Source of the DNA: Macrostomum lignano
Lineage: Eukaryota
Assembly (NCBI GenBank): GCA_002269645.1
Contig: NIVC01002439.1
Span: 109,549-173,548, forward strand
Reading direction: 5' to 3'
DNA length: 64,000 nucleotides
The notes under the pieces were generated by a model, which saw only the letters and a program-made list of their open reading frames with translations, was not told the DNA's origin and searched no databases. The position numbers and the translations under genes were made by a program. Shown here piece by piece: positions 61,801-64,000 of this stretch. Each line of letters opens with the position of its first letter. The stretch's first letter is position 1.

Positions 61801-61859
61801 AGCCTGGATGTTTGTCAGCATACCCAAAGTCTGTTGTCCCACGTTGAAGTAGCTGTCAT
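52871..61859 (-). CDS. Cip4: CIP4/FNBP1/Toca-1 family F-BAR-HR1-SH3 protein, about 605 aa; exons 61859-61824, 58625-58507, 58424-58371, 57213-56812 (1-nt deletion near 57021), 56460-56065, 55526-55444, 55362-55221, 54438-54241, 54151-54069, 53174-52871
   Basis: TWDNRLW|DTY start typical of the family; ERRCRIEEKYAKEI, AFEDSLSELTALANQHE, HR1 LGPAQQKRKL...LKKLRQTYQHHP, SH3 MLYDF...GEQGYVPTAY. All splice phases are consistent except one frameshift. Confidence 0.88.
53225..53945. repeat. 23-bp purine-rich minisatellite in the last Cip4 intron
   Basis: GGGAGAGAAGAGGAATTCTCATA in tandem. Confidence 0.95.
54455..55212. repeat. 31-bp minisatellite filling a Cip4 intron
   Basis: GAGCTATTTATCCAGGGCTAACAGCCAGTCT, about 24 copies, spanning nearly the whole 782-bp intron. 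Confidence 0.97.
56535..56805. repeat. about 30-bp C-rich minisatellite in a Cip4 intron
   Basis: AACCAGGTAGACTGGCCGGT(C)n variants. Confidence 0.88.
57285..57775. repeat. 30-bp minisatellite in a Cip4 intron
   Basis: GTCCAGGGCGATTCTTGAGGGGGAAGGGCA in tandem. Confidence 0.96.
59940..61203. mobile_element. foldback (MULE-like) element with inverted arrays of about 15-bp repeats and a 9-bp TSD, in Cip4 intron 1
   Basis: Left arm AAATYTGCTAGCC repeats (59950-60160), right arm in opposite orientation (60978-61195), GGG...CCC ends, TSD GAAGAATTC / AAAGAATTC (8 of 9). Confidence 0.72.
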
Positions 61860-62902
61860 TTTCGTGCCGTGCCTCTTATATTATAGGTTTAAATAATTTT
61901 GGTGTTCAAATTAGTTATTAAAAGTAAAGTATTCTACGGTGCTGTCGGTGCACGACTAGAAACAGGAAATAATTTTATCGTTGTAAAAAGGCTGAAATAT
62001 TATTTCAAGTGTCACAAAGAGGAATCTCCTAAGTTATATAAACCATTCTCATCCGCTAAAAATATCTAATTAACTTTTCTTTTTGACCGTTCTTTCACAG
62101 TGAATTGCGTATGACACTTAAGAAGTAATAACCACAGCTTGAGTTTTTAAGGGCGGGCCGATTTTCATTTCTTGGCAATAAGCCTATTTGAATTCACATT
62201 AAGGTGAAGATTAAATTAGTTTTTTACGGATTTAAAAACAGTCTGGTTTAATTTGTTTTTAATTTTTTTATTATTATTTAGTTATAGCTTTCAATAAATA
62301 CAGCTTCTAAAAACTTTTTGCGTTTGGTTTGGTTTAACGTTTAAATAATTTCACGTCGGTTCGTGCCGGTTTGTTCAAAATGCATATTGCAAATCTTTTT
62401 AGTCTGCACCTAATCTCAGTGCTTCTGAGAGGTGTCAGTGCGTGCTAAAAAAACAATAATAGATCTTGTCTTCGGAAGTATCAAAGTACGATTTAACGAG
62501 GCTATAATTAAATTGCAATCGAGTAATGACAGCTTAGTACCGTGATACGTGTGAGACTTAGAAAAAATGAGTGTACATTACATGCACACATTTACATATG
62601 ACTTCAGCAAAATCTTTAACTTCTGGTTCATCCTTGCTTTGTTTAATCACAATAATTTAAAGACAATATGAAGTTCTCTCAGAAGGGCTAATACAATATA
62701 TTTGAAAATTCGGAAACTGTAACGGTTTTTTGTAATATAGGCATGCCACGGCATTAGTGAACTACTTACATTACTGGAGTAATTACTTGTTATTTTATCA
62801 ATGGTTTTAATTTAGAGGGATTCAGAAAGTAGCATACTTGTGGGTAGCCTGTTCAGCTAAATGTAGCTGCACGAAGTTGCAAAGCCATAATGTCAAATTG
62901 AC

Positions 62903-63727
62903 TCACAGTGATGTGCCTTTCAGCCAACGCCAAATATATAGAAAAAGATTTAAAACGTTGCACATGAAGGAACAACAAACAGATACGCCAACAAAAATGG
63001 TGTAATAGTTTTGAAAACACAACTCTTGTCTGCTCAGAGTTTGTACCGTAATAAATTCATTATGTCAGCATCGGAGCCGCGCAGAGTTCCATATCTGTCT
63101 CCATGGTACAGCCGCACCTGATCGTTGGCTTAGCTATGCTGCACCTGGCCGCATAGCCCATAAATAGCGAGATTAGAAACAAAGCAAAGTAGGCCGTGAT
63201 GGCAATCTGGACACCGGCAATCAGGCAGAATGCTCGCTTCTCCGCATTGCGAAAGCTTTGCATCCTGGACGTGCGAAAGTCCAACAGGAGAACGCGGAGG
63301 CAGCAGTGCTGACACACGCCCGAGTCGTGGTCGGGTCACGGCCGCGCTCGGGAGTCGCCTTCAAGCTGTCCTCAGCATCGCTAATGGCGGGCTCTTCGTG
63401 GTGCCGGGCAGCAGTTTCCGGCGGTGTCGGGACAGCAGCAGGCATTGTTGCCACCAGGCGCTACAGAGACCGGCTGCCACTGCGTACAGCCATCCGAGCA
63501 ACAGAGGCCATACGTCTGGAAGATGGCGTGGAAGGCTAAGAACACGTTGCACACCGGAAGGCTGTCCTCGTTGATGCCGAGTCCTTCGCGTCAATCTTGA
63601 GGTAGAGCGGGCAGATGCCCTCAAACTTAGTGAAAATCTCTAAGGCGAAGACAATCGTGAAGATCAGGCCAGCAGTGAAGTTGAACAAGTAGATGGCAGT
63701 GTGAAGAGTGCCGATTTTAATGCTCAT
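62903..63727 (-). pseudogene. TMEM179-like four-TM protein gene with multiple apparent frameshifts (pseudogene or assembly error)
   Basis: AIYLFNFTAGLIFTIVFALEIFTKFEGICPLY, LPVCNVFLAFHAIF, LLLGWLYAV, AFCLIAGVQIAITAYFALFLISLFMGYAARC and YTIFVGVSVCCSFMCNVLNLFLYIW lie in successive frames. They can be joined by adding one base at about six homopolymer runs. Confidence 0.65.
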
Positions 63728-64000
63728 TTTTCTAGAATATCTGATTCAGATTTCTATATATTTGCAGAACGAACAGTGCCAAAAGTTTTTTGTTATAAAA
63801 ACTACACCAAATTGCCACTCTGGTCTGAGATTGCTGATTAATCAGACATTTGAACTTGCAGCTGCTTTGACCATAGACAATAAAGCTACTACACACTGTG
63901 TTGTATTAACCGTTAGATTAAGCATGAAGCATCGATGATTTATTATACCAAGAAATTTTATCGGGAGGAGAGGTATTTTGTCTATGGTAAAAAGTGCTGG

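Overview
This is eukaryotic (animal) genomic DNA: GC-rich exons in AT-rich spacer DNA, GT-AG introns and very many tandem repeats. The style suggests a free-living flatworm such as Macrostomum, which is inference only. There is no CRISPR array and no prokaryotic operon. Nine host genes could be reconstructed by hand: a ZNRF1/2-type RING E3 ligase (+), a MOSC/mARC molybdoenzyme (-), an intronless class A GPCR (-), a RasGEF1-type GEF (+), the SLC35B4 nucleotide-sugar transporter (+), an uncharacterised 4-exon protein with an RDHSxG-R-W motif (-), an intronless secreted PAN-like plus LamG/ConA-like protein (+), a 10-exon CIP4/FNBP1/Toca F-BAR-HR1-SH3 gene (-) and a frameshift-ridden TMEM179-like 4-TM gene (-). 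Mobile DNA comprises a Ty3/gypsy (Mag-like) LTR element with both LTRs, a TSD and a nested tRNA-derived SINE; a decayed intron-containing Crypton-like tyrosine-recombinase element with a terminal palindrome; an internally deleted mariner; hAT/Charlie MITEs; three foldback-type elements with 8-9 bp TSDs; non-LTR 3' fragments; and a 96-bp 18S rRNA fragment. The most striking window-wide pattern is that almost every intron longer than about 300 bp contains its own unrelated minisatellite. Several apparent frameshifts near the right end look like homopolymer deletions, so they may be assembly errors. All exon coordinates and alignments were derived by eye.
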